64,000 nt of DNA from an uncultured bacterium (GCA_963977015.1 CAXBMO010000001.1:320001-384000); one strand, 5' to 3'; shown: positions 9,871-19,938, counted from the stretch's first letter. Notes: generated by a model not told the origin, from the letters alone. Numbers and translations: made by a program.

Positions 9871-10401
9871 TCAGCCCCGGGCAAAGTCGCGGTGAATCAC
9901 CGTTCCGCTGGCCGCCATCACATAAATCCGTCCGACCACCTGGTTATCCGAAGAAAGCAAGGTCGCAAGCCAGGTGGGTTCGGGATCATTCCCCCGCCAG
10001 CGCAGTTGGTAATTGACCTTGGCAAATCCGACTCCAGCCTCGATCGCCTGATCATCAGCAATCTGGTAAACGTCGGTCGAATTCAGTTTCATCGAGGTGA
10101 GAAAGACCGGAGTTTGTGGCAAATCCTCGCCTTCCTGACGTGGAATGCTTTTTGGCCCGGTCACCGTATCGTTCTGGATCACGTATTCGCGGAGCACGCC
10201 CTCATTGGCCGGATCCAGCGCAAGGATTTGCCAGCGGTTCGGCTGGTCGGCTCCATGAAAGCCAACTATCGCGACCACTTGGCTGATCGTTTCCTGGCCG
10301 GTATTGCGTTCGAGAATTTGGAGTGCTTCCCGAGCGTTGGTTTCCGCAAAAAGGGAAGGCGTTGAACAGGTTAGAAGAAGAATGGAGCAGAGCAACTTCA
10401 T
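9871..10401 (-). CDS. Secreted hypothetical protein (possible PepSY-like repeats)
   Basis: Signal peptide [20 protein letters not shown]-terminal W...L...[13 protein letters not shown] resembles a PepSY-type strand pattern. Confidence 0.65.
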   Translation of the reverse strand: MKLLCSILLLTCSTPSLFAETNAREALQILERNTGQETISQVVAIVGFHGADQPNRWQILALDPANEGVLREYVIQNDTVTGPKSIPRQEGEDLPQTPVFLTSMKLNSTDVYQIADDQAIEAGVGFAKVNYQLRWRGNDPEPTWLATLLSSDNQVVGRIYVMAASGTVIHRDFARG

Positions 10402-10457
10402 GGGAATACGTTAGATTAGTATTCCAAGATTTCTAACATATTTGAACTAATTTCGAC

Positions 10458-11006
10458 TCACTTCAATTTGCGCAGAACAATGGGCGAGCGGGTTGCAACT
10501 CCATCCGGGTTTTGGGTCAGGAACCTCAGAAGCGCGGCATTGTCAGACTTGAGTTCAATGACGGTCGAGTATTTCGATTTCTCGATCACTCCTTCCAATT
10601 CGCCATCGTTCACCGCCTTGCCGAATCGATCCACGTCAGCGGGCCACGCAATCAAATTGCCAGAGTCGTCGGTTTTGAACTCCGCCAGATAATATTTCTC
10701 CATCATCTCCCCATCTTCTTCAAAGCGGACCGATAAGTAGGTTCGATCGTCAAATTCGACGGCGGCGAGTTCGCCCCGCTCCAATTTGAACTTCTCTTCC
10801 TCGCGCTCGATGAAAGCGATTTCACCCTGACCTTTTTCCGTGAACGCCACATGAATCGCGCCTTCCTCGACCAGCCACACGCCCTCGAGCTCTTCGCGAA
10901 GTTCTGGTTCGGTCGTTGAAACCAGCGGTTCAGGGATGAGCACAGAGCTGCAGCTGGAAAGCAGTGCCATCAGTCCAAACGGAAGAAGTAGGAGGGAGTT
11001 TTTCAT
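10458..11006 (-). CDS. Hypothetical lipoprotein
   Basis: Lipobox LSSC after a hydrophobic stretch; LEGVW motif. Confidence 0.7.
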   Translation of the reverse strand: MKNSLLLLPFGLMALLSSCSSVLIPEPLVSTTEPELREELEGVWLVEEGAIHVAFTEKGQGEIAFIEREEEKFKLERGELAAVEFDDRTYLSVRFEEDGEMMEKYYLAEFKTDDSGNLIAWPADVDRFGKAVNDGELEGVIEKSKYSTVIELKSDNAALLRFLTQNPDGVATRSPIVLRKLK

Positions 11007-11115
11007 CACTTAGCGTCCGTCTGGAGTTTCGTCAGGCAAATTAAAATGAGGGTTTCCCTCGAAAAGTCCGTTGAGATCGTTGAGTCCGCACCCCAAGCTT
11101 TTCCAAAATCCCCTC

Positions 11116-12441
11116 ATGAAAACCCTCTTCTTCCTCTTCCTTTCCGTCGCGGCGCTCCAAGCCGAACTTCTAAAACCCAACATCGTCCTGATCTTTGTCG
11201 ATGATCTTGGGTATGGCGATCTTGGGTGTTACGGGAACGAGATGATCAAAACGCCGCATATCGATCGGCTGGCGGCGGAAGGGCAGCGCTGGACGAGTTT
11301 CTACGCCTCGGGATCGACCTGCGTGCCGAGCCGGACCGGGCTGATGAGCGGACGTCACCCGGGCATGTTGGGCTCGGAAAAACTCTCCAAGGATCCGAAA
11401 AGTCTGATGCCGGCGATGTTGAAGCGCGTCGGATACGAGACCGCGATTCTCGGGAAGTGGCATCTCGCTGGCTACCCGGAAGATTTTACGAAGAGCCCGA
11501 TGCACCCGCTCGAGTGCGGGTTCGACGCTCATTTTGGAACGCCGGGAAGCAATGACGTTCCGCCGCCTCCCGGGAAGAGGCAGACCCGCGACGTCTTTGA
11601 CACCTGCGACAAATTTTCCTTCCCGGTTCCGCTGATTCGGGGGCGTGAGGTGGTCGAGTTTCCGGTGAATCAGGAACTGCTCACCAAACGCTATACCGAA
11701 GAAGCTGTGAAATGGATTGGTGAAAAGAAGGACGAACGGTTTTTCCTCTACCTGGCCCACAACATGCCCCACGCACCGGTGTTCGCGGCACCGGAGTTTC
11801 AGGGAAAGAGCGAGGGCGGGCGCTACGGCGATGTGATCGAGGAAATCGACTGGTCGGTCGGCCAGGTCATGGATGCGTTGAAAACGGCAGGGATTGAGAA
11901 GGAAACGCTGGTGATCTTCACGAGTGACAATGGGCCCTGGTCCATGTTTGGCCCGCATGGAGGAACCGCCAAACCCTTGCGTGGTGAAAAGGGAACCTCG
12001 TGGGAAGGCGGATTTCGCGTGCCGGGAATCTTTCGGTGGCCGGGAACGATTGCTCCGGGCGAGGTGAAGGGGATGGCAGCCAATCTGGATTTGTATGCAA
12101 CGTTCGCGACCCTGGTCGGAGGCGATGAGCCGAGAGAGAAGCCCGGATACCTGTCTCAGGATCTCACCGGCACCTTGTTGAGAGGGGAGGCGAGTCCGCG
12201 GACGCAGTGGTATTACGGAAGAGCCTTTCGTTCTGGCAATTTCAAGATTCACACGGCGTCCAAGGAGCGATCCTCGGATCCGGATACGCGAAAGCGGGAA
12301 CCTGTGACGAAGCACGATCCTCCACTGCTGTTCGATCTCGAAGCGGATTTGAGCGAAACCACCAACCTCGCGGCGCAACGCCCCGAAGTCGTGGCGCGAT
12401 TGGTCAAAGAAATGAATGCGTTTCGGAGCCAGGTTCGTTAA
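11116..12441 (+). CDS. Sulfatase (formylglycine-dependent, Cys type)
   Basis: PNIVLIFVDDLG, CVPSRTGLMSG, GKWHL, SDNG; signal peptide from ATG 11116. Confidence 0.95.
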   Translation: MKTLFFLFLSVAALQAELLKPNIVLIFVDDLGYGDLGCYGNEMIKTPHIDRLAAEGQRWTSFYASGSTCVPSRTGLMSGRHPGMLGSEKLSKDPKSLMPAMLKRVGYETAILGKWHLAGYPEDFTKSPMHPLECGFDAHFGTPGSNDVPPPPGKRQTRDVFDTCDKFSFPVPLIRGREVVEFPVNQELLTKRYTEEAVKWIGEKKDERFFLYLAHNMPHAPVFAAPEFQGKSEGGRYGDVIEEIDWSVGQVMDALKTAGIEKETLVIFTSDNGPWSMFGPHGGTAKPLRGEKGTSWEGGFRVPGIFRWPGTIAPGEVKGMAANLDLYATFATLVGGDEPREKPGYLSQDLTGTLLRGEASPRTQWYYGRAFRSGNFKIHTASKERSSDPDTRKREPVTKHDPPLLFDLEADLSETTNLAAQRPEVVARLVKEMNAFRSQVR

Positions 12442-14792
12442 TGCACGAACAGAAATCGCTGGGTGTTGAGCAGCGCCCACACCAGCCCGTCATAGGCGTC
12501 ATCTCCGTATTGCGCGATCTCCGCCATCATGAGTTCCATCTCAGATTCCGTGGGCTCGCGGGTGAGCATGGCTTGAAACAGGATTCGGGCCTTTTCCTCA
12601 GAGGACTCCGCCGCATGGAGTCGGCGACCGAACACCGCGAATTGGTTCGTCAGCGCCTCAATCATCGGCCCATTCAGGAGGTTCAGCGCTTGTGGGACGG
12701 ACGCGTGATCGCTGGCGTTCTCGATCACGTCGCGATCGGACTGACCGAAGTCGCGCAAAAAGTGGCCGCGCGGTGCTGGCGCTTCCAATTCGGAGGCGCG
12801 CGCCATTTTGGAGACCATTCTCTTAAAGTTGCCCAATTCCGTGCGCTGCTCCTGTTGCCATTTGCGTTGTTCCTCTTTGCTCAGGCCTTCCGGAACGGCG
12901 GGTATGTCAATTTGGGGAAGTGACGTAAAGACGGTTGGTTCGGCTTTGCCGCCACCCATCATCGAGCTGGATTCCATCGAGGTCATTTGCACTTCGGTGA
13001 GGCCCATCATCGATCCGAGCAACTCGCCACCTTTTCGGGCGTTGTGCAGATCGACGTAGCCGATTTCCTTGAGGGCATCCTGGACGGCGCGATTGATCGC
13101 TTTGAGCTCCAGCTTGATCTCCTCGTACCGTGTTTCATCGCCACGTTTTTTCGCGTCGGCCATCTCGATACTAAGCTGAGCTGTTTCCTCGGATCGCTGC
13201 CGGTTGACGAGTGGGGCGAGCTGTTTCAGCATCGCCATGTATTCGTCGAAATCCCGCCCTTCCAGGCTCGTCCACATGAGGCGTTCCCGCTCGATTGAGC
13301 CGAGCTGGTTTTTGAGCAAGGGCTTGTATTGCTCGGAATGAGGGATGCAGAGTGCCACGAAGGAATCCCAGATTTGTTCGGCGCTCATTCGGCGCAAAAC
13401 CGGGCCAGCGAAGTGATAGGGCTGCCCGAGCAGGATTTCCTCATCATCGGCGGCCCGCTGCCAGGCGTTCGTATTGAACAAAACCTTGAGATAAGCGCGC
13501 ATGTCGTATTTCAGATCGACCATCAGCTCCTCCAGATACGCCATCAGTTCCGGGTTCGCCGATTGAGAGTAGTCGGTCAGGTCATCGACCGGTTCGATGA
13601 TCGCCGCGCCAAAAACCATTTTCCAAAGCCGGTTGGCGATGACGCGAGAGAACCGGGGATTCTCGGGAGAAGTCATCCACTCGGCATAAGCTTCGATTGG
13701 GGAGCCGTCGTAATTCGCGAGGTCAATTTCGCCCCCGAACATGGTGGAGGCCGGAACCGCATCGTGCGGCTTGGCGTCGTTGTATTGATAGTCGTGCGGC
13801 AACTGCAGCTCCTCCTCCTTTTCCACGGTGGAATAGTTCAACAGCGGTTTGTAGAGATGGACGGATGCCCAGAAGCTGCCTTCCTGCAGTTTCTTGGCTT
13901 CTTCCGCCGCGGCCCAACCTTTCTTGACCAACTCCCGGAATTCGTCATTGGACATCTGGCGCTTCTTCGTGCCCAGCCACGGATCGGTGCTGCTCTTCGA
14001 TTTACTTTCGATGTGTTGCTCCAGCCGTTCCAGGCTGGGCATGGGAAAACCGTCGCCTTTGCCGACTGCGTCCAGATAAACCTGGCGTGTTTGCGCCTTC
14101 ATCATGCGGTCCGCCGTGACCCGGTTTTGCGCATAGGTGTGAATATCGCGCGCATTGATGTTGTGGCTGAACGCCGCCATCTGGTAGTAATCCATCTGCG
14201 TCCACTTATCGAAGGGATGGTTGTGGCACTGCGCGCATTCCAGGCGGGTTCCCAGAAAGATGCGAACCGTGTTCGACATGTTATCCAGCGGCATGCCGCG
14301 ATCCCGGTGATAATAGCCGGTCGCGCCGTTCTCCCAGGTTTTGCCGCGTGCTGAAACCAGCTCATAAACGAACTGATCGTAGGGCATATTTTCGCTCAGA
14401 GACTTTTTCAGCCAGAGTTGGTAATTGTAGACGGCGTTCTTCCCGGGGCCATCTTCGGTGACCCGCAAAATATCCGCCCAGAAATTGTAAAAATGGCTCG
14501 AAAAGGCGTCGCTGTTCAGCAAGTCCTCGATGAGACGTTCCCGCTTGTTCGGATATTTGGCGCTGTGAAAGGCTTCGGCCTCTTCGATGGTCGGAATGCG
14601 ACCCGCAATGCTCAGATAGATGCGGCGGAGGAAGGTGGGATCGTCGATCGCCGCATTGGGCTCCATCCCGATCTTTTTCAGGTTGGCCTCGATCAAGGCG
14701 TCAATGCGTTGTTCCGGAGTCAAGGTTTTGGCTTGGGCCAGAACCAACGAGGTTGCGAAGAGCAGCAATGAAAGACGGAGAATTCGAGTCAT
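12438..14792 (-). CDS. DUF1549/DUF1553 (PSCyt2/PSD1) protein, paralog A
   Basis: FLRRIYLSIAGRIPT, CAQCHNHPFDKW (CxxCH), NRLWK, RRMSAEQIWDS, QALNLLNG, WALLN; signal peptide. Confidence 0.92.
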   Translation of the reverse strand: MTRILRLSLLLFATSLVLAQAKTLTPEQRIDALIEANLKKIGMEPNAAIDDPTFLRRIYLSIAGRIPTIEEAEAFHSAKYPNKRERLIEDLLNSDAFSSHFYNFWADILRVTEDGPGKNAVYNYQLWLKKSLSENMPYDQFVYELVSARGKTWENGATGYYHRDRGMPLDNMSNTVRIFLGTRLECAQCHNHPFDKWTQMDYYQMAAFSHNINARDIHTYAQNRVTADRMMKAQTRQVYLDAVGKGDGFPMPSLERLEQHIESKSKSSTDPWLGTKKRQMSNDEFRELVKKGWAAAEEAKKLQEGSFWASVHLYKPLLNYSTVEKEEELQLPHDYQYNDAKPHDAVPASTMFGGEIDLANYDGSPIEAYAEWMTSPENPRFSRVIANRLWKMVFGAAIIEPVDDLTDYSQSANPELMAYLEELMVDLKYDMRAYLKVLFNTNAWQRAADDEEILLGQPYHFAGPVLRRMSAEQIWDSFVALCIPHSEQYKPLLKNQLGSIERERLMWTSLEGRDFDEYMAMLKQLAPLVNRQRSEETAQLSIEMADAKKRGDETRYEEIKLELKAINRAVQDALKEIGYVDLHNARKGGELLGSMMGLTEVQMTSMESSSMMGGGKAEPTVFTSLPQIDIPAVPEGLSKEEQRKWQQEQRTELGNFKRMVSKMARASELEAPAPRGHFLRDFGQSDRDVIENASDHASVPQALNLLNGPMIEALTNQFAVFGRRLHAAESSEEKARILFQAMLTREPTESEMELMMAEIAQYGDDAYDGLVWALLNTQRFLFVH

Positions 14793-17230
14793 ATTGGATA
14801 GCTTGCGGGTGTCACGCGTCGAAACGATTTGGCGACTTTCACCAAAATTCCAACGCAAAATAGCCTCATGGATTTTGCGGGGTATCCCCAGTGTTTAGCG
14901 AAGAACTCACTTCGGTTTTTCGGTCATAAACGAATCTTTGCGCGGTTCTCAACCTACTGCACGAACAGAAATCGCTGCGTGTTTAACAAGGCCCAGACCA
15001 AGCCGTCGTAGGCTTCTTCGCCGTATGCCTCAAGCTCAGCGCGAATGAGCTCCAATTCCTCCTCATTCGGTTGGCGCGTCAGCATGGCCTGGAAAATCAG
15101 CCGCGCTCTTTCCTCAGAAGACTCTGCCGCATGGAGTCGGCGACCGAACACCGCGAATGGGTTCGTCAGCGCCTCAATCATCGGCCCATTCAGAAGGTTC
15201 AAGGCTTGCGGGACGGAGGCGTGATCGCTGGCGTTCTCGATCACGTCGCGATCGGACTGCCCGAAATCGCGCAAAAAGTGGCCGCGCGGTGCCGGCGCTT
15301 CCAATTCGGAGGCGCGCGCCATTTTGGAGACCATTCTCTTAAAGTTGCCCAACTCCGTGCGCTGCTCCTTTTGCCATTTGCGTTGTTCCTCTTTGCTCAG
15401 GTCTTCCGGAACGGCGGGTATGTCAATTTGAGGAAGTGAGGTGAACACGGTTGGTTCGGCCTTGTCGCCACCCATCATCGAGCTGGCGTCCATTGAGGTC
15501 ATTTGCACTTCGGTGAGGCCCATCATCGATCCGAGCAACTCGCCTCCTTTTCGGGCGTTGTGCAGATCGACGTAGCCAATTTCCTTGAGGGCATCCTGGA
15601 CGGCGCGGTCGATCGCTTTGAGCTCCTGCTTGATCTCTTCATACCGCTTTTCATCTCCACGTTTCTTGGCGTCGGCCATGTCGATACTGAGCTGAGCTGT
15701 TTCCTCGGATCGCTGCCGATTGACGAGTGGGGCGAGCTGTTTCAGCATCTCCACGTATTCGTCAAAATCCCGCCCTTCCAGGCTCGTCCACATGAGGCGT
15801 TCCCGCTCGATTGAGCCGAGCTGGTTTTTGAGCAAGGGCTTGTATTGCTCGGAATGAGGGATGCAGAGTGCCACGAAGGAATCCCAGATTTGTTCGGCGC
15901 TCATTCGGCGCAAAACCGGGCCAGCGAAGTGATAGGGCTGCCCGAGCAGGATTTCCTCATCATCGGCGGCCCGCTGCCAGGCGTTCGTATTGAACAAAAC
16001 CTTGAGATAAGCGCGCATGTCGTATTTCAGCTCGACCATCAGCTGTTCCAGATACGCCATCAGTTCCGGGTTCGCTGACTGAGAGTAGTCGGTCAGATCG
16101 TCAACCGGTTCGATGATCGCCGCGCCAAAAACCATCTTCCAAAGCCGGTTGGCGATGACGCGGGAAAACCGGGGGTTTTCCGATGAAGTCATCCACTCGG
16201 CGTAAGCCTCGATTGGTGAACCGTCGTAATTCGCGAGGTCAATTTCGCCCCCGAACATGGTGGCCGGCAAAACCGCATCGAGGGGCTTGGCGTCGTTGTA
16301 TTGATAGTCGTGCGGTAGCTGCAATTCCTCTTCGTTTTCCACGGTCGCATAGCGGAGCAGCGGCTTGTAGAGATGGACGGAGGCCCAGTAAGAGCCTTGA
16401 GACAAATCCTCAGCCTCTTTTGCGGCAGCCCAGCCCCGTTTCACGGTGGCGCGAAACTCGTCCACGGTCATGGTTCCCTTTTCGGAGCCAATCCAGGGAT
16501 CGCGTGGATTCTTCGAATGCTTCTCAATGTGCAGTTCGAGCCTCTCCAGGCTGGGCCGGGGAAACCCATCGCCCAATCCGACTCCATCGAGATAAGCCTG
16601 GCGGGATTTCTCTTTCAACATGCGGTTCGCCGTGATCCGGTTTTGCGCATAGGTGTAAATATCGCGTGCACTGATGTTGTGGCTGAACGCCGCCATTTGG
16701 TAGTAATCCATCTGGGTCCACTTATCGAAGGGATGGTTGTGGCACTGCGCGCATTCCAGGCGGGTTCCCAGAAAGATGCGAACCGTGTTCGACATGTTAT
16801 CCAGCGGCATACCGCGATCCCGGTGATAATAGCCCGTCGCGCCATTCTCCCAGGTTTTGCCACGCGCCGAAACCAGCTCATAAACGAACTGATCGTAGGG
16901 CATATTCTCGCTCAGAGACTTTTTCAGCCAGAGTTGGTAATTGTAGACAGCGTTCTTCCCGGGGCCATCTTCAGTGACCCGCAAAATATCCGCCCAGAAA
17001 TTGTAAAAATGGCTCGCAAAGGCGTCGCTGTTCAGCAAGTCCTCGATGAGACGCTCCCGTTTGTTCGGATATTTGGCGCTGTGAAAGGCTTCGGCTTCTT
17101 CAATGGTCGGAATGCGGCCGGCGATGCTCAAATAGGTTCGGCGCAAAAATGTCGCATCATCAATCGGGGCGTTCGGCTCCAGCTTTTGCTGCTTCAAGTT
17201 TGCCGCGATCAGGGAATCAATCCGTTGTTC
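12438..17230. repeat. Tandem direct duplication of about 2.3 kb of coding sequence
   Basis: 13249-13514 reads identical to 15765-16030; both stop codons are offset by 2516 bp. Confidence 0.95.
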
Positions 17231-17305
17231 GGGAGTTTGCTCGGATTGGGCGGCGATCAAGCCGGCGAAGCACAACGTGACGGTGAGTAGGGTTTTAGCG
17301 ATCAT
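14954..17305 (-). CDS. DUF1549/DUF1553 protein, paralog B
   Basis: Same motifs as paralog A; DNA nearly identical at an offset of 2516 bp. Confidence 0.92.
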   Translation of the reverse strand: MIAKTLLTVTLCFAGLIAAQSEQTPEQRIDSLIAANLKQQKLEPNAPIDDATFLRRTYLSIAGRIPTIEEAEAFHSAKYPNKRERLIEDLLNSDAFASHFYNFWADILRVTEDGPGKNAVYNYQLWLKKSLSENMPYDQFVYELVSARGKTWENGATGYYHRDRGMPLDNMSNTVRIFLGTRLECAQCHNHPFDKWTQMDYYQMAAFSHNISARDIYTYAQNRITANRMLKEKSRQAYLDGVGLGDGFPRPSLERLELHIEKHSKNPRDPWIGSEKGTMTVDEFRATVKRGWAAAKEAEDLSQGSYWASVHLYKPLLRYATVENEEELQLPHDYQYNDAKPLDAVLPATMFGGEIDLANYDGSPIEAYAEWMTSSENPRFSRVIANRLWKMVFGAAIIEPVDDLTDYSQSANPELMAYLEQLMVELKYDMRAYLKVLFNTNAWQRAADDEEILLGQPYHFAGPVLRRMSAEQIWDSFVALCIPHSEQYKPLLKNQLGSIERERLMWTSLEGRDFDEYVEMLKQLAPLVNRQRSEETAQLSIDMADAKKRGDEKRYEEIKQELKAIDRAVQDALKEIGYVDLHNARKGGELLGSMMGLTEVQMTSMDASSMMGGDKAEPTVFTSLPQIDIPAVPEDLSKEEQRKWQKEQRTELGNFKRMVSKMARASELEAPAPRGHFLRDFGQSDRDVIENASDHASVPQALNLLNGPMIEALTNPFAVFGRRLHAAESSEERARLIFQAMLTRQPNEEELELIRAELEAYGEEAYDGLVWALLNTQRFLFVQ

Positions 17306-17376
17306 CAGAAAATCAGATGGAACACGTGAGTGTGGGGGATCGGTTTTCAGAAAGAATTGGTTAGGATGCCTGCCGG

Positions 17377-18750
17377 TCAACTCAAGATCGGGCGGATGAT
17401 TTTTCCAAAGACATCCGTCAGCCTGAAATCGCGTCCATTGTGAGGAAAAGTCAACTCTTCATGATCAAATCCAAGGAGATGAAGAATCGTGGCATGCAGG
17501 TCGTGAACATGGACTTTTTTCTCTTCCGCGCGGTAGCCGAATTCGTCGGTTGAACCATAGGCCATGCCGGTCCGGATTCCGCCTCCGGCCAACCACATGG
17601 TGAAGCCAAACGGATTGTGGTCACGCCCATCACTGCCCTGCTGGGTTGGTAACCGTCCAAACTCTCCACCCCAGACAACGAGCGTTCGTTCGAGCAGCCC
17701 GCGTTGCTTCAAATCCGTCAATAACGCGGCGATGGGCTGATCGGTCTGGGCACACTGCCGGGTGTGGTTCTCCTTCAACTTTGAGTGCGCATCCCAAGCC
17801 GTCGGTCCGCGATTGCCGCCGCTGTATACCTGGACGAATCGAACGCCGCGCTCCACCATGCGCCGGGCCAGGAGACAGTTCCGGCCAAAATAACGGGTCG
17901 TTTCCTGATCGAGTCCATAGGCGCTTTGCGTCGCTTCGCTCTCCCTGCTGAGATCGGTCACCTCCGGGGCGTGAACCTGCATCCGATACGCCAGTTCATA
18001 CGATTCAATGCGCGCTTCCAGTGCGGTTTGCGCCGGATTTTGCACTGCGTAGTCGCGGTTCCACCGGTTCAGCAGATCGAGCCGGGCGCGTTGATCGTTC
18101 ATCGTCACCCCCTTGGCCAAACCCAGATTCGCGATCGGCGGACCGGAAGATCGAAACGGGATTCCCTGAAACTGAGCCGGCATGAAACCGTTCGACCAAT
18201 TCATCGCGCCATTCACTGGCGCGCCTTCTTTGTCGAGCAGCACCACATAGCCTGGCAAATTCCGATTCGCGCTTCCCAGGCCATACGTGATCCATGATCC
18301 CAGGGAAGGATGCCCCGGAAGGACGAAGCCCGAATTCATCTGGCTCAATGCCGGACCGTGATTGTTCGAGTCCGCATGCATCGAGCGAATCACGCAAAGA
18401 TCATCCACGTGCTTCGCCACATTCGGATACAGCTCGGAAACCGGCAGTCCCGACTCGCCATGACGGCTGAATTCCCAGGGACTCGGCATCGCCGTCGGCT
18501 TGGTCTGTCCCATGAAAAAGCCATCGCCTTTCCGGTAGGCCGGAATCGCCTTGCCCGCCCACGTCTCCAACGCCGGTTTCGGATCAAACGTATCCACTTG
18601 GCTCGGCCCGCCATACATGAAGAGAAAGATGACCGAGTCGATCTTGGACGCGAAGTGCGGCTTCCCTTCATGGGCCAACAACGAGTTCGCCGCCAAAGCG
18701 CCAAATCCGGCACCAGTGGATTTCAGGAAATGTCTGCGATGAAAGGGCAT
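17377..18750 (-). CDS. DUF1501 family protein with Tat-like N-terminus
   Basis: RRHFLK; VIFLFMYGGPSQVDTFDPKP; LLARRMVERGVRFVQ; WDAH; GEFGR; GRDHNP; HVHDLHAT. Confidence 0.93.
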   Translation of the reverse strand: MPFHRRHFLKSTGAGFGALAANSLLAHEGKPHFASKIDSVIFLFMYGGPSQVDTFDPKPALETWAGKAIPAYRKGDGFFMGQTKPTAMPSPWEFSRHGESGLPVSELYPNVAKHVDDLCVIRSMHADSNNHGPALSQMNSGFVLPGHPSLGSWITYGLGSANRNLPGYVVLLDKEGAPVNGAMNWSNGFMPAQFQGIPFRSSGPPIANLGLAKGVTMNDQRARLDLLNRWNRDYAVQNPAQTALEARIESYELAYRMQVHAPEVTDLSRESEATQSAYGLDQETTRYFGRNCLLARRMVERGVRFVQVYSGGNRGPTAWDAHSKLKENHTRQCAQTDQPIAALLTDLKQRGLLERTLVVWGGEFGRLPTQQGSDGRDHNPFGFTMWLAGGGIRTGMAYGSTDEFGYRAEEKKVHVHDLHATILHLLGFDHEELTFPHNGRDFRLTDVFGKIIRPILS

Positions 18751-18871
18751 AGCGATAGGGGCGTTCAATCAGTTTCAGCAGCCGTCACACGGGTTTCAAC
18801 CGGTTTTCCATGCACAATTGTAAGAGAACAAGCTGGATGCTCATCGGACTCATGCCTAGAATCCCATCATC

Positions 18872-18985
18872 GTGGGAGACGTGAAGAGTTTCATCAGCTA
18901 TCGGCGGGACGACGCCATTGTCGTGGGCAATGTGGACCGCATCTACGAGCAACTCAGCACCCGGTTCGGTGGGGATAGCGTGGGC
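18872..18985 (+). pseudogene. Truncated TIR-domain (TIR_2) N-terminal fragment
   Basis: KSFISYRRDD...DRIYEQLSTRFGGDSV matches the FISYRRxD...RLYxxLxxxFGxxxVF start of bacterial TIR domains. Similarity stops before the REP-like repeat at 19021. Confidence 0.7.
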
Positions 18986-19020
18986 GTCGCCACGATTTCC
19001 CGGACCAGCACATTCGGTCT

Positions 19021-19111
19021 CCACCGGGGCTTGTCCCCGTGGAACCCCGATCAACAACAGAACCTTCCCCCCAATAAAAAGGACGCCACCTTCGGGCTTG
19101 CCCCGAAGGTG
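19021..19111. repeat. Left REP-like hairpin doublet
   Basis: ccaccggggcttgtccccgtgg (19021-19042) and caccttcgggcttgccccgaaggtg (19087-19111). Confidence 0.8.
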
Positions 19112-19113
19112 CG

Positions 19114-19938
19114 ATGACCCGACCTGAGCCTATGGCCAACCGCGAACCCATCTACACCGCGGAAAACTGTCGCTTTTCCCATCCGCTCAATTGGAGTCTG
19201 AGTGTATTTTGGCGGGAATCCTGTAATGACGACCATTGGTTACCCGATCTCGTAGAAGCCACCGAACCCGATGGCCTCCGGATCAAATCCCACCGGTTTA
19301 CGGAAACCGGGGCCAGCCAGTTTTGGGTTTCGTCCTCGCCCGAGGTCGCGCCAGTCACGATCGTTCAAAGGGTCAAAGGCAGACTCCAGCACCTGGTTCG
19401 GTCCGATCGTCCCAAGGCCCTCAAACGCAATTTCTCGCTGCATGGTTTCGGGAAGGTCAGCCGCGAGGTGGTTCAGAACTACGTCTCCGATCAACTCGGC
19501 CACCATCAAATGGCCGACCCGGGAGTCCAGAAGCGATTGCAAACCTATCAGATCTCTCATCCTGAGATCGACCTCGCTCAACCCCAACGAACCTCTCACG
19601 GATTGTTCTCGTATTCGCTGCACTTGGTGTTGGTGCACTAGGGGCGTACCAACACTATCAACGATGATGTTCTGAGGAAAGTGAGCCGGATGATCGAGCA
19701 GTCGTCCCAGGCCAAAGGATACTTGCTCGCTGAAGCGGGAATCCTTCCCGACCACGTTCATATCCTGGCTGGTTGTCCCTTCGCGCAATCGCCTCTGGAG
19801 GTGGCGCTGGGGTTTCTGAACAACCTTGCGTTCGCGCATGGGATGAAACCCGTCTTTCAGTTTGGCGGGTTTCTGGGAACGGTCGGCGAATACACGTTCA
19901 ACGCGGTTCAGGAAGGCGTCAGCGCTCAACCGGGGTGA
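19114..19938 (+). pseudogene. Two-domain Y1 (HUH) transposase with in-frame TAG at 19639-19641
   Basis: ORFs 19114-19641 and 19681-19938 share a frame separated by a single TAG. Domain 1 has VKGR and NYVSDQ; domain 2 has SH..YSLHLVLV, PDHVHIL and GTVGE. Confidence 0.85.

Noticed and set aside
11170-12480. 436-aa minus-strand ORF
   Set aside because: Shadow of the sulfatase.
12438-17305. Diversity-generating retroelement explanation for the paralog differences
   Set aside because: No reverse transcriptase in the window, whole genes are duplicated, and differences are not visibly restricted to adenines.
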